From Halodesulfurarchaeum sp. (GTDB lineage Archaea; Halobacteriota; Halobacteria; Halobacteriales; Halobacteriaceae), in assembly GCA_034520565.1 (NCBI GenBank), contig JAXHNL010000001.1, positions 1-64,000 on the forward strand: a DNA stretch of 64,000 nt. Direction: 5' to 3'. Shown one piece after another: positions 49,338-60,099 of the stretch (position 1 is the stretch's first letter; every line of letters starts with the position of its first letter). Under the pieces are notes generated by a model. It worked only from the letters and a program-made list of their open reading frames with translations, searched no databases and was not told where the DNA came from. The position numbers and the translations under genes are program-made.

Positions 49338-50292
49338 ATGTCAAACGCAACTCTCAGATCGCGGGAAACCGAGGAGACCGAGACGGAACGAACGGACGGC
49401 TGTCCGGAGTGTGGCGGACTCGTCGTCCACGACGAGGAACACAGCGAGAAGGTCTGTGCGGACTGTGGCCTGGTCGTCGAGACAGACGAGATCGACCGCG
49501 GACCCGAGTGGCGGGCCTTCGACTCCCAGGAGAAAGACGAGAAGTCCCGAGTCGGTGCGCCCACCACGAACACGATGCACGACAAGGGACTCTCGACGAA
49601 CATCGACTGGCGGGACAAGGACGCCTACGGAAACTCGCTGGGCGCCCGACAGCGCCAGAAGATGCAGCGCCTGCGGAAGTGGAACGAGCGCTTCCGCACC
49701 CGGGACGCAAAAGAGCGCAACCTGAAACAGGCCCTCGGCGAGATCGATCGGATGGCCTGCGCGCTCGGCCTGCCCGGACAACGTCCGCGAGACCGCGACG
49801 CGTCATCTACCGCCGCGCACTGGAGGAGGACCTCCTCCCCGGCCGATCCATCGAGGGCGTCTCGACCGGCCTGCGTCTACGCCGCTGCCCGACAGGCGGG
49901 CGTCCCGCGCAGCCTCGACGAGATCTCCGACGTCTCCCGCGTCGAGAAGAACGAGATCGCCCGCACGTACCGCTACGTCGTCCGCGAACTGGGCCTCGAG
50001 GTCCAGCCGGCCGACCCCGAGAGCTACGTCCCACGATTCGCCTCCTCACTCGAACTCTCCGACGAGGCCGAGCACCGCGCCCGCTCGCTGCTCCAGAACG
50101 CCAAGGAGAAGGGCGTCCACAGCGGCAAAGTCGCCGGTCGGTCTCGCCGCCGCAGCCGTGTACGCTGCAGCCCTCTTGACCAACGAGAAAACGACGCAGG
50201 CAAACGTCAGCGAGGTCGCGGACATCTCCGAGGTCACGATCCGAAACCGGTATCACGAGCTGCTCGAGGCCGAGGACTCGATCCCGGTCTGA
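49338..50292 (+). CDS. tfb: Transcription initiation factor IIB, interrupted by about four single-base insertions
   Basis: [39 protein letters not shown]; shifted-frame C-terminus [23 protein letters not shown] ends at TGA 50292. Confidence 0.92.
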
Positions 50293-50300
50293 ATGGGTCG

Positions 50301-51005
50301 ATGGTCGACTTCGAATCGTTTCGACTTGCGGCCTCGACGGATTCCCTGAGCGTCGAGCCCCGGGCTCGTCCCAACGCCGACCTCATCGAGTTCCGGATGG
50401 ACCTGGCCGAAAACCCGCTCGAGGCGTTAGACGACTACGACGGGGACCTCGAAATCCTGGTCACGAACCGCCCGGACTGGGAGGGCGGGAACCGGGAGGA
50501 CACCCCGGAACGCCGGGACGAACTCGTCGCCGCGCTCTCGAAGCCGGCAGTCACAGCCGTCGATCTGGAACTCAGAGCCCTCGAGAATCCCGGGCGGCGG
50601 ACGGACCTGGATCCAGTTCTGGACGTGGCCCACGAGCAGGACATCCCGATAGTCGTCTCCGTCCACGACTTCGATCACGCCCCCTCACGGAAGACGCTCG
50701 TCGACTTCGGCCACCGGGGCTGTCAGTTCGGGACGCTCGCGAAAATCGCCGTGACACCCGAGACCCACGAGTCAGTTTTGGAACTGCTGCAGGCGACCCA
50801 CGATCTGACCCAGGAAGGGCGCACCGTTGCCACGATGGCGATGGGCGAACTCGGCTCCCACACGCGGGCGATCGCCCCACTCTACGGCTCGAAGCTCGGG
50901 TACGCGCCCATCGACTCGACCGGGGGGACCGCACCGGGCCAGTTCGACCTCGAGACGCTTGCGTCGTTACTCGAAACCTTCGGGGTTCGGGCGAACCGGA
51001 TTTAA
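50301..51005 (+). CDS. aroD: Type I 3-dehydroquinate dehydratase
   Basis: IEFRMD, TNR..EGG, VDLEL, SVHDF, AKIAV, MAMG..TR, TAPGQ. Confidence 0.92.
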   Translation: MVDFESFRLAASTDSLSVEPRARPNADLIEFRMDLAENPLEALDDYDGDLEILVTNRPDWEGGNREDTPERRDELVAALSKPAVTAVDLELRALENPGRRTDLDPVLDVAHEQDIPIVVSVHDFDHAPSRKTLVDFGHRGCQFGTLAKIAVTPETHESVLELLQATHDLTQEGRTVATMAMGELGSHTRAIAPLYGSKLGYAPIDSTGGTAPGQFDLETLASLLETFGVRANRI

Positions 51006-51019
51006 AGACTTAACCGTCG

Positions 51020-51478
51020 ATGTCACGAATCTCGCGTGTGCAGCGGACCTGGTTCACGCGACGGTCGCTCGTCGCCTCGATTTTGGCGCTCGTGTACCCT
51101 GGGCTGGGTCACCTCTACCTCCGGGCCTGGCTCCGGGCCATCGCCTGGTTCGTGGTCGCGCTCATCGCCGCGGCGATGGTGATGCCCGAGTCCGCGTATG
51201 CCGCCTACGAGGCAGAGGGGTTTTCCGGACTGCTCGAAGCGAGCCAGAACCTGCCGATGGACGTCATCCTGAGCATGCTCGTCGTCCGCGTACTGAACGC
51301 GCTCGATGCCTATCTCACGGGTCTCCAGAAGGCTGTCACCAAACCCGAATCGGAAGCCGCGGCAGGCACCTGCCCCGAATGTGGCAAAGATCTCGACGAA
51401 GAACTGGATTTCTGCCCGTGGTGTACGACGCGTCTCGAACCGGACGATAACGAGCCCGAGCCGACCGTCCGACGCTAA
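51020..51478 (+). CDS. Membrane protein with C-terminal zinc ribbon
   Basis: PGLGHLYL TM2-like motif; CPECG..LDFCPWC. The true start may be GTG 51038. Confidence 0.8.
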   Translation: MSRISRVQRTWFTRRSLVASILALVYPGLGHLYLRAWLRAIAWFVVALIAAAMVMPESAYAAYEAEGFSGLLEASQNLPMDVILSMLVVRVLNALDAYLTGLQKAVTKPESEAAAGTCPECGKDLDEELDFCPWCTTRLEPDDNEPEPTVRR

Positions 51479-51490
51479 TCGCGGCTCAGT

Positions 51491-52654
51491 TCACTGCTCG
51501 ATGATGCGCTCGTCGATCGACTCCCCGAAGTGTCGGCCACCGGGCTGGGTGTAGACCAGCACCTCGTCGCCCGGTTCGAGGTCCGTCACCGCTTTCCGCC
51601 CCGATTTACCGTGGACCTTGATCGTCTCGGCGTTCTGAATGAGCGTCTCGATGCGGTCACCGGCTTCGGTCTCTGCCTGGAGGCGGAACATCGGGCGACG
51701 CTCGATTTTCGCCCGCCCGACGACCGCTTCGCGAGTATGGCCGTCCGTGTCGACGACCAGGACCTCGTCCCCGCTGTTGAGTTCCGAAAGGTACGTCGTC
51801 GAGCCGTCCGGCTGGCGGGCGTAGGCGTGAACTGCGCCCGCATTGACCCGAAACGGCCGGGAGGCGACGTAGGGTGAGTCGGCAGTCTCCGCGTGGACGA
51901 AGAAGAGCCCGCGTGACATGCTCCCGATCAACATGCCCTCGTCGTGATCGAAGAGGCTACCCGTGTCAACGCAGACCCGGTCGGCACTTCCGGCCGGTTC
52001 GATGGTCGTGACTTCGGCGTACTCGAGGTCGAGGTGTTCGCGGTCGAAGTCGTCCCTGGCGGCCACCGTCTGTCGGATTTCGTCCGGATCGTCCGTGTCC
52101 AGCAGGACACCGTCTGCCCCCATCTCGAGGGTTTCGAAGGCCGTCTCTGCCTCCTCGGCCGTGGTGACCCCGGCTATCAGGTCAGTTTCCTCGCCGATTC
52201 GAGCGATAAGGTTCTCGAGCGGGATGATCTGCCAGTCTTCGCCGACCACGATCGTGTGCTCGGCGTCGGTGGCGGCCTCGCTGGCAAAGGTCTCGTACTC
52301 GGGGCCGAAAATCCGCACGTAAGCGCCGTCCGCACCGTCGCGTCGGAGCGTCGAGAGGTCTGCACTGCCGGCAAAATCGGTGGGGAGTTCGATCGTCCCG
52401 TCGCCCTCGCCGTCCTTGCCGACGATGTACCGGTCGGCCCGTCCCAGGTCTTCGGCCTGATCGCCGATGACGTCCACGTCGTCGGTGACGAAGGCCGCGA
52501 CGTCGATATCGCCCAGTTCCCGCACCCGGTCGACGTCCCACTCGTCGACGAGAATCCAGTCGACTCCGGCCTCGAGCCCGGCCGTTATCCGTCGCTTCCG
52601 TGTCTCCCAGTCGCCGACCTCGTCGTCGGCCTTGAGCCAGACGCTGCGTGTCAT
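51491..52654 (-). CDS. aroB': 3-dehydroquinate synthase II (archaeal)
   Basis: WQIIPLENLIA, DRVCVDT, RPFRVNAGAVH, VGRAKIERRP, QNAETI, RHFG. Confidence 0.93.
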   Translation of the reverse strand: MTRSVWLKADDEVGDWETRKRRITAGLEAGVDWILVDEWDVDRVRELGDIDVAAFVTDDVDVIGDQAEDLGRADRYIVGKDGEGDGTIELPTDFAGSADLSTLRRDGADGAYVRIFGPEYETFASEAATDAEHTIVVGEDWQIIPLENLIARIGEETDLIAGVTTAEEAETAFETLEMGADGVLLDTDDPDEIRQTVAARDDFDREHLDLEYAEVTTIEPAGSADRVCVDTGSLFDHDEGMLIGSMSRGLFFVHAETADSPYVASRPFRVNAGAVHAYARQPDGSTTYLSELNSGDEVLVVDTDGHTREAVVGRAKIERRPMFRLQAETEAGDRIETLIQNAETIKVHGKSGRKAVTDLEPGDEVLVYTQPGGRHFGESIDERIIEQ

Positions 52655-52734
52655 ACGTGGTCACACACGTGGGCCGGCCTTGAACGTGCCGGACCGTGTT
52701 CGCCGACCGGCCTTCGCTCATCCGGCGCCGCCCG

Positions 52735-53529
52735 CTACGGGTCGACTGGGAGGTCGAACCGGTCCATCGCGGCGTCGACGGTGACACCCTCGTGGACGAC
52801 GGCCGCGACCGCAGAGGAGATCGCGTACGGATCGGGATGCTGAAAAATCGTGCGCCCCATCGAAACGCCGGCCCCGCCGGCGGCGACGGAGTCCCTGACC
52901 GTCTCGAGTGTCTCGCGGTCGCTCGACGGACTCCCGCCGGCGATGATGACCGGCTTGCTCGTCGATTCGACGACGTGTTCGAAGCTCTTCGGATCCCCGG
53001 AATAAGCCGTTTTCACGAGATCCGCACCGAGTTCCTCGGCCAGCCGAACGGCGTGACCGAGGGTTTCGGCGTCGTGCTCGTCGATCCCGGGCCCCCTGGC
53101 GTAGGCCATCACCAGCACTGGCATCCCGAATCGTTCGGCAGCATCGGTCACTTCGGCCAACTCGCTGAGCTGGTCCGGCTCGTGGTCGCTTCCGACGTTG
53201 ATGTGAAAGGAAACGCCGTCAGCCCCGAGCCGGACGGCCTCTTCGACGGTGGCTGTCTTCCGCTTGTCGGCCTCGTCGGGGCCGATTTCGGTCGAGCCGT
53301 TGCAATGAATGAGATAACCCGCCCCGTTCCGGTTGGGAATGACCCGGTCGGCCAGCCCCTTCTGGGTGAGGACGGCGTCCGCGCCACCCGCCGTGACCGC
53401 CGAAATCGTCCCCTCGATGTCTTTGAGTCCATCTACAGCCCCCATTGTCAGGCCGTGATCCATCGGCACGGTGACGAACTTCCCGTCCCTGCCGAGGCGT
53501 GCCAATCTCGCGTCGGTCCCTGTAGCCAT
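52735..53529 (-). CDS. aroA': 2-amino-3,7-dideoxy-D-threo-hept-6-ulosonate synthase (class I aldolase)
   Basis: VPMDHG, GADAV..KG, MAYARG, ELGADLVKT, IAGG, GRTIFQ; adjacent to DHQ synthase II. Confidence 0.88.
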   Translation of the reverse strand: MATGTDARLARLGRDGKFVTVPMDHGLTMGAVDGLKDIEGTISAVTAGGADAVLTQKGLADRVIPNRNGAGYLIHCNGSTEIGPDEADKRKTATVEEAVRLGADGVSFHINVGSDHEPDQLSELAEVTDAAERFGMPVLVMAYARGPGIDEHDAETLGHAVRLAEELGADLVKTAYSGDPKSFEHVVESTSKPVIIAGGSPSSDRETLETVRDSVAAGGAGVSMGRTIFQHPDPYAISSAVAAVVHEGVTVDAAMDRFDLPVDP

Positions 53530-53569
53530 TGCGAGGGTATAGCAAGCGGGTGGCTATGTTCGTTGCGGT

Positions 53570-54355
53570 TTATCGAGCCGATCGCACGCCGGCGGCCAAC
53601 TCTTCGGCCCGTTTTTCGAGCCTCGCGGGGACATCCACGCCGCCCTCGATGATGTCGACGAAAACGCTCCCTGCGACGACGCCGTCCGCGCCCGCAGCGA
53701 CGATTTGTTCGGCTTGCTCGCCGGTGCTGACGCCGAACCCGACTGCTTTCGGGACGTCCGTCTCCGGGAGCCGCTCGAGCGATCGGCCGGTGTGATCGCT
53801 CACGTCCGCCTTTGCCCCAGTCGTCCCCATTCGGGCCTGCACGTAGAGAAACCCACTTGCCTGCTCGACGATCCGGTTTCGGCGCTCCTCGGTGGTGGTC
53901 GGTGCCACGATGAAGATGGTCGCGAGGTCGTGGGCCTGACACGCCTCGCGGAGCGGCTTGCTTTCCTCCACGGGCAGGTCCGGAACGATCAGCCCCGAGA
54001 GGCCCGCCTCGGCGGCGTCGGCGACGAACGGCTCGAGGTCGCCCTCGCCGTAGCGATAGAGCATGTTGTAGTAGGTCATCGCCACGATCGGCACCCCGAG
54101 ATCGAGGTCCGCGACGAGGTCGAGATATCGATCGGGTGTCATTCCCGCGTCGAGGGCCCGCCTGATGCCGGCCTGGATCGTCGGTCCGTCGGCGATCGGT
54201 TCCGAGAATGGGAGCCCCAATTCGAGGACGTCCGCACCCCCGTCCACCAGGGCCCGAGCGTACTCGACGGTCGATTCGGACGAGGGATCGCCGGCGACCA
54301 CGTAGGGGACGAGTGCGCCGTCCTCGAACGCGGCGCGGATCGCTCGCTCACTCAC
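53570..54355 (-). CDS. trpA: Tryptophan synthase alpha chain
   Basis: [37 protein letters not shown]. Confidence 0.96.
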   Translation of the reverse strand: MSERAIRAAFEDGALVPYVVAGDPSSESTVEYARALVDGGADVLELGLPFSEPIADGPTIQAGIRRALDAGMTPDRYLDLVADLDLGVPIVAMTYYNMLYRYGEGDLEPFVADAAEAGLSGLIVPDLPVEESKPLREACQAHDLATIFIVAPTTTEERRNRIVEQASGFLYVQARMGTTGAKADVSDHTGRSLERLPETDVPKAVGFGVSTGEQAEQIVAAGADGVVAGSVFVDIIEGGVDVPARLEKRAEELAAGVRSAR

Positions 54356-55571
54356 CGCTCATCACCCCCAGGTCCGGGGCCGATTCGAGGTTTCGCCGAT
54401 CGCTCTCCTCGATCACCGTGTCGAGGTCCTTGTCGCCGCGTCCGGAGACCGTCACCAGTACGGGCCCGTCGAAGTCATACTCGTCGAGGGCGGCGAGGGC
54501 GTGACTACTCTCCAGTGCCGGAATGATGCCTTCGGTTCTGGAGAGGCGGTGGAAGGCCCGGAGCGCGGCTTCATCGTCGACCGTCACCGGCTCGACCCGG
54601 CCCTCGGCGACGAGGTGGGCGAGTTCGGGGCCGACGCCCGCGTAGTCGAGTCCCGCGCTGACGCTGTGGGACTCGACGACCTGGCCCGTTCCGGTCTGCA
54701 GGAGGCGTGTCTGGGCTCCGTGAAGGACGCCGTCGGTTCCCGTCGAGAGCGAGGCCGAGTGCGGGGCGTGTTCTGCCGCCTCGTCGATCGTCAGTGACTC
54801 CCCACCGGCCTCGGCGGCGACGAGGGCGACCGGATCGTCCAGAAAGTGCTGGAACGATCCCATCGTGTTCGAGCCGCCACCCACACAGGCGAGCACCGTC
54901 CCGGGCAGTCCCCCCATCACCGATAGGGACTGTTCGCGGGCTTCCTCGGAAATGACCGCCTGGAAGTCCCGAACCATGCTCGGGAACGGGTGCGGGCCCA
55001 CCACGGACCCGATGACGTAGTGGGTGTCCTCGACGTTGGTCGCCCAGTCCCGAAGCGTGGCGTTGATCGCCTCTTTGAGGGTCCCCGAGCCCTCGTCGAC
55101 CGGATTGACGGCGGCTTCGTGGGTCAACATCCGAAAGACGTTGGGTCGCTGGCGATTGATGTCCGTCCGGCCCATGTAGATCTCACAGTCGATATCGAGG
55201 TGTGCACAGGCCATCGCGACGGCCGTGCCGTGCTGGCCCGCTCCGGTCTCGGCGATGATCCGCTCCTTGCCCATGTACTCGGCGAGGAGCACCTGGCCGA
55301 GTGCGTTGTTGAGCTTGTGCGCGCCGCCGTGCAGGAGGTCCTCGCGTTTCAGGTACACGTCCGTGTCGGACGCCTCGCTGAGCGTGTCCGCCCGGTGTAG
55401 CGGCGTCGGGCGCCCGCCGAACTCCCGGAGACGCGTCCGGAACTCGTCCATGAAACCGTCCTCGTTCTCGATGACGTAGCGCTCGTAGGCCGATTCGAGT
55501 TCCTCGACCGCCGGCATGAGTACCTCGGGAACGTACTGGCCCCCGTACTCGCCGAAGCGGCCGGCACTCAT
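54348..55571 (-). CDS. trpB: Tryptophan synthase beta chain
   Basis: [57 protein letters not shown]. Confidence 0.97.
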   Translation of the reverse strand: MSAGRFGEYGGQYVPEVLMPAVEELESAYERYVIENEDGFMDEFRTRLREFGGRPTPLHRADTLSEASDTDVYLKREDLLHGGAHKLNNALGQVLLAEYMGKERIIAETGAGQHGTAVAMACAHLDIDCEIYMGRTDINRQRPNVFRMLTHEAAVNPVDEGSGTLKEAINATLRDWATNVEDTHYVIGSVVGPHPFPSMVRDFQAVISEEAREQSLSVMGGLPGTVLACVGGGSNTMGSFQHFLDDPVALVAAEAGGESLTIDEAAEHAPHSASLSTGTDGVLHGAQTRLLQTGTGQVVESHSVSAGLDYAGVGPELAHLVAEGRVEPVTVDDEAALRAFHRLSRTEGIIPALESSHALAALDEYDFDGPVLVTVSGRGDKDLDTVIEESDRRNLESAPDLGVMSGE

Positions 55572-56353
55572 CGTTCGACCAACCTCCCGGTGTTCTCCTC
55601 GATGGCTCCGTCCATGATCGCCGACCCCACGAGAATGCCATCGGCACCGGCCGCCAGCATCTGCTCGCGGTGAGCGGGCGTTTCGATACCGCTCTCGGCG
55701 ATCAGGGTCACGTTCTCCGGGACGAGGGGCGCAAGCTGCTTCACGGTCGAGCGATCGACGGTGAGCGTGGCCAGATCACGGTTGTTCACCCCGATCACGT
55801 CGGCCCCGGCTCCCACCGCCTCCGCGACCTCGTCCCGAGTATGAGTCTCGACGAGCGGCGTCATCCCCCGGTCCCGGGCCGCCTCGATCATCCCCTCGAG
55901 GTCCGAGAGAAAGCGGACGATCAAGAGGACCGCGTCGGCGGCGACGGCGTCGAGCTGGGACGGCTCCAGGACGAAATCCTTCCGGAGGACCGGGACCGAT
56001 ACGGCGTCCCGGACGGCGTCGAGTGCCTCGATCGACCCGCCGAAGTGATCCGGTTCGGTCAGCACCGAAATCGCGCTGGCCCCGCCAGCCACCATCGCTT
56101 CGGCAGTCGCCACCGGATCGATCGACCGGTCGTACGGGGCGGTCGGACTCGTCGGCTTGATTTCCGCGATGATCGGTGCCCGCGCTGTCGTTCTGGCGTC
56201 CCGCAACGCGTCGGGAAGCGACGTTGCGTCCACGTCCAGTCTCGCGGTTTCACCGGTGCGTGACGCGGCGCCGCCCCGGTTTTCGGCGGCAGCGAGAATT
56301 TCCCGAACTGCCGGGGCGAGGGACTCGTCGGTCGCCGGCTCTGTAGTACCCAT
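55568..56353 (-). CDS. trpC: Indole-3-glycerol phosphate synthase
   Basis: [36 protein letters not shown]; start at ATG 56353. Confidence 0.95.
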   Translation of the reverse strand: MGTTEPATDESLAPAVREILAAAENRGGAASRTGETARLDVDATSLPDALRDARTTARAPIIAEIKPTSPTAPYDRSIDPVATAEAMVAGGASAISVLTEPDHFGGSIEALDAVRDAVSVPVLRKDFVLEPSQLDAVAADAVLLIVRFLSDLEGMIEAARDRGMTPLVETHTRDEVAEAVGAGADVIGVNNRDLATLTVDRSTVKQLAPLVPENVTLIAESGIETPAHREQMLAAGADGILVGSAIMDGAIEENTGRLVER

Positions 56354-56356
56354 TAT

Positions 56357-56385
56357 TGTCCATTGATGATCGGATATGTACATAA
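56357..56385 (-). promoter_or_regulatory. trpCBA promoter with palindromic TGTACA box overlapping a TATA-like element
   Basis: TATGTACATA palindrome at 56375-56384, a second TGTCCA at 56357-56362, and TTATGTA 26-32 bp upstream of the trpC ATG. Confidence 0.5.
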
Positions 56386-56459
56386 CTGTTGTGACTCGGG
56401 GCCACACTTGGGTCATACCCGGGCGAATGTTGAAGGCCGAACCCGACGAAGAATCGACC

Positions 56460-56918
56460 ATGTCGGGAACCGGCATCTTTGCCCGCGAATTCGACGAACT
56501 CGACGCGACCGTCCAGATCGGCGTGGCAAACGGTCGGGTCATCAGCCTCTCGTTTCCCGACGAGCCCGAACCGGGGGCCGGTTCCGATCACGAGATCCTG
56601 GACTGGATCGCCGAATACCTCCACGGAACGGCAACTGACGTCGGCGAAATCGAGATCGGGTTGACCGTCCCGACCGACCAGCGCACCGTCCTGGAGACGG
56701 TCCGAAAGATTCCCGCCGGGGAAGCGGTTTCGCTCGAACGACTGGTCGCCCGAAGTCCGGGGCTCGATCCCGACGACGCCGAGGACGTGGCGACAGCCAG
56801 GACGGCCCTAGCCGAGAACCCGATCCCACTTTTCATTCCGGATCACCGCGTTCGCGACGCTCCCAGTGCCGCCCCCTCGAGGATCGAGACCGTCCTTCGG
56901 AATATCGAGGGGCGATAG
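56460..56918 (+). CDS. MGMT/alkyltransferase-like protein (active-site Cys replaced by Asp)
   Basis: QRTVLETVRKIPAGE..ALAENPIPLFIPDHRV. Confidence 0.85.
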   Translation: MSGTGIFAREFDELDATVQIGVANGRVISLSFPDEPEPGAGSDHEILDWIAEYLHGTATDVGEIEIGLTVPTDQRTVLETVRKIPAGEAVSLERLVARSPGLDPDDAEDVATARTALAENPIPLFIPDHRVRDAPSAAPSRIETVLRNIEGR

Positions 56919-57011
56919 CAGGTCGTCCGACGATTCGCCTGTGTTGTGGGTCATCCCGTTTGGATTCAAGCATGGGTCCGGAGCGTTGCTGGTCACCAGA
57001 ATTGCAACCGC

Positions 57012-57689
57012 TCAGTCCCGCGCGTGCCGGGTGAACTCCACGAGATCCACGAGATAATGGGCGCCGATCACGAGCCAGAGACTCCCGGACCAGTAGTACA
57101 CGACACCGAAACCCAGGCCGAGGACCGTTGCGACTCCAACGCCGAGGCGACCCTGGGCCGTATGCGCTTGGCCGAAGGCGACGGCCGAGCCGACAATCAG
57201 CACGAGTGGAGGAAACGGCGTTCCAGCCCCGAATGCGCCGATCAGGATCCCACGGAAGAGGAGTTCCTCGGTCACGGCGATAACCGGGAGCAACACGCCC
57301 GCCAGGACCAGCCATTCGATCCAATTCTCGGGAGTCAACAACTCGCGCAAGGGGTTTTCAGGGTTCCCAGAAAATCGCGCGAGCGGATCTGCAACCTCGT
57401 TGAAAAAAACAAAAACCGCCGTGAGACCCGCGAGCCAGCCCATCGGGGGAACCGTTTCTATCCCGATCGTAGAAGCGGGAACACCGGTCCACCAGACGAG
57501 CAGTCCGGCAAGCCCGAGCACGAGGACATGCGAGACGCCGACGTTGAGATACAGTGTCGACGTGGACAACTGGTCGAGGGGGCTTCGATCCGCTGTCAAC
57601 AACCCGGCCGTCTGTCTGGCCAGGAATACGACACCGAGAACCAGTGCCAGAGAAAGGGCGACGAACAGGTCCCAAACCGGGGTTGTCAT
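57012..57689 (-). CDS. CPBP (CAAX/Abi) intramembrane metalloprotease downstream of lonB
   Basis: EELLFRG, FGQAH..QG, AHYLVD; multi-TM. Confidence 0.88.
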   Translation of the reverse strand: MTTPVWDLFVALSLALVLGVVFLARQTAGLLTADRSPLDQLSTSTLYLNVGVSHVLVLGLAGLLVWWTGVPASTIGIETVPPMGWLAGLTAVFVFFNEVADPLARFSGNPENPLRELLTPENWIEWLVLAGVLLPVIAVTEELLFRGILIGAFGAGTPFPPLVLIVGSAVAFGQAHTAQGRLGVGVATVLGLGFGVVYYWSGSLWLVIGAHYLVDLVEFTRHARD

Positions 57690-57749
57690 CGAATCGATCT
57701 CCGGCCCGCACGAGCAAGAATACCGGGGAAAACGGCTCCGCAGAACGCG

Positions 57750-59823
57750 CTATTGCGGTGAGGGGTTCGTGCCGGTCGCCGCAGCCCCTTCGGTCGCCTC
57801 GAGGGCCGTCCCGGTAATCGACTTGAGCCGGTCGACCAGCGAGTCCTTTTCCGGTTCGCCCGAGAGGGCCACGTCGAGCACCTCGCTGATGTGGGAAACC
57901 GGGATGATCTCGATCATCTCCTCGTACTCCTCCTCGATCATGACGTCCTGCTCGTTTGCCTTCGGGATGATGACGCGATCGTAGCCGGCCTTCGCGGCGG
58001 CCTCGATCTTGTGTGTTACCCCGCCGACGGGCAGAACGTCACCGCGAACCGAGAGCGAGCCGGTCATCGCGAGGTCCTGCTCGATCGGTATGTTCTCCAG
58101 GGCGGAGATCACCGCCGTCGCGACGGTGATCGAGGCCGAATCGCCCTCGACGCCCTGTGTCTGGATGAACTGGACGTGGATGTCCTTCTGAGAGATGTCC
58201 TCGTCGGAGAACTTCTTGATGATCGCGGAGACGTTCGAGACGGCCTCCTGGGCCATCTCCTTGAGCTGCCCGGTGGCGATGACGCGGCCACCTTCACCCT
58301 GTCGCGGGGTCACCTCGGCCATGACGGGAAGCACGATCCCCGAGTCACCACCCATGACTGCAAGCCCGTTGACGCGTCCGACCGCACTGCCCTCGGTCTC
58401 CTTGAGTTCGTAGTCCTTCCGGCGTTCGATGTAGTCGTCCGCGAACTGCTGCTCGATGGAGCGGGAGCGCTTTTTCGCTTCGAGGACGTGCTCGCGCTCG
58501 ACGAACTCGCTGCCCTCCGCCTTTGCGATGTCCCCGGCCACGCGAACCAGGCCACCGAGGTCCCGGAATTTGAGGGTCAACTGCCCCTTCCGGCCCGAGC
58601 GGCGCTTGGCCTCCAGGATGACTTCCCGGACGGCGTCCGGCTCGAAGTGGGGCAGGCGGCCGTCTTTCACGACCTCCTGAGCGACGAAGCGGGCGTACTG
58701 CCGCCGCGTCGATGGATTCTCGTCGATGGTGTCCTCCATGTAGACCTCGTACCCGTAGCCTTTCAGCCGGTCGCGGAGCGCGGGGTGCATGTTCTCCATC
58801 GCGTCCATGTTCCCCGCCGCGACCATGATGAAGTCACACGGCACGGGTTCGGTCTGGACCATCGCGCCCGAGGAGCGCTCGGACTGCCCGGTGATGGCAA
58901 ACTCGCCCTCCTGGATGGCCGTCATCAGCTTCTGCTGGGAGCGGATGTCCAGGGTGTTGATCTCGTCGACGAACAGCACGCCCTTGTGGGCCTTCTGCAA
59001 TCGAGCCGGCCTCGACGCGGTCGTGGCTCGGCGTCTCCATCCCGCCGGACTGAAACGGGTCGTGTCGCACATCGCCCAGCAGTGCGCCTGCGTGGGCACC
59101 CGTCGCGTCCTCGAACGCCGCAACGGTGCGGTCGCCGTTGTTGACCAACAGCTTCGGCACCATGGCGTCGCTGCCCCGGTTCGTGTACCGGAAGGCGAAA
59201 TAGATGACCGCTGCGGCGAGCAGGCCCAGAAGTACCTGGCCGGCGATCAAGAGCGCGTAGCCGACGATGATCGCGATGACGATCCACATCAGGAAGGATC
59301 GCATTTGCTTTCGCTTTCTGGCTTCCTCCTGGTGGGCCTCGACGATCTGATCGCCCTTTCCCGCCGGAACCGTCCTGACCCGGGGCTCATTCGAGTCCTC
59401 CGGGTTGTGATAGATGAGGACGTCCTGGAGGGACTCCTTCGGCAGGAGTCGACTCATCGCCTTTGCGAGCATCGACTTCCCGGTTCCCGGGGAGCCGATC
59501 ATCATGACGTGACGATGTTGCTTCGCGGCACGCTTGACGATCTCGCGGGCCTCTTCCTGCCCGATCACCTGATCGACCAGCCGTTCCGGGACCTCGATAT
59601 CGGCGGTCGATTCGATCTTCAGCCCGCCGAGAAGATCGTCTTCGGCGTTTTCCTCGTCGATCGTGAGGTCCCCCTCGACGTCGACTTCGCTCCCGAGATC
59701 CTCCTCGAGCGGGATCTGCTCTTCGGCCTGCTCCCGGTCCTCGACAGGTGCCCTGCCGGACGGCTTCCGAACTGGCTCGGGGTCGTCTTCGGGGGGTAGG
59801 TCACTCGTGGGATCGTTACTCAT
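57750..59823 (-). CDS. lonB: Membrane-anchored ATP-dependent protease LonB, one frameshift near 58998
   Basis: [14 protein letters not shown], two TMs, [14 protein letters not shown]; then [18 protein letters not shown] catalytic Ser, [12 protein letters not shown] catalytic Lys. Confidence 0.95.
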
Positions 59824-60099
59824 TGAATGTCTTCGACGGTGAAATCCAAGGTTCCGTTATTGATATACTTTCTCCCTTCGGTGATCCCGCGAATCCCGCC
59901 CTTTCGTCCGGTTTACGGGCGTCTCCGTGCAGTTCAGGAGAGATGTCTCCGTGTGGTTCCGAAGAAATCGATTCGGTGGTCTGTCGATGGGTTTTCCCAG
60001 ATACCGCGATCGGAGCACAGAACCCGAGCTGGATCCGGAACGACTCCTCTCGACGGTGGATCGCCTCCTTTGATGTACGGGCCCCGCATAGACCCGACA

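Noticed and set aside
49338-51005. 555-aa TFB-AroD fusion protein in the ORF track
   Set aside because: It arises from an extra base near 50128; the normal TFB C-terminus and stop (50292) and a separate aroD ATG (50301) are present.
21397-57689. The two CPBP 'Abi' genes as abortive-infection defence systems
   Set aside because: The Abi label of this protease family does not imply phage defence, and both genes lie in core context with no defence genes nearby.
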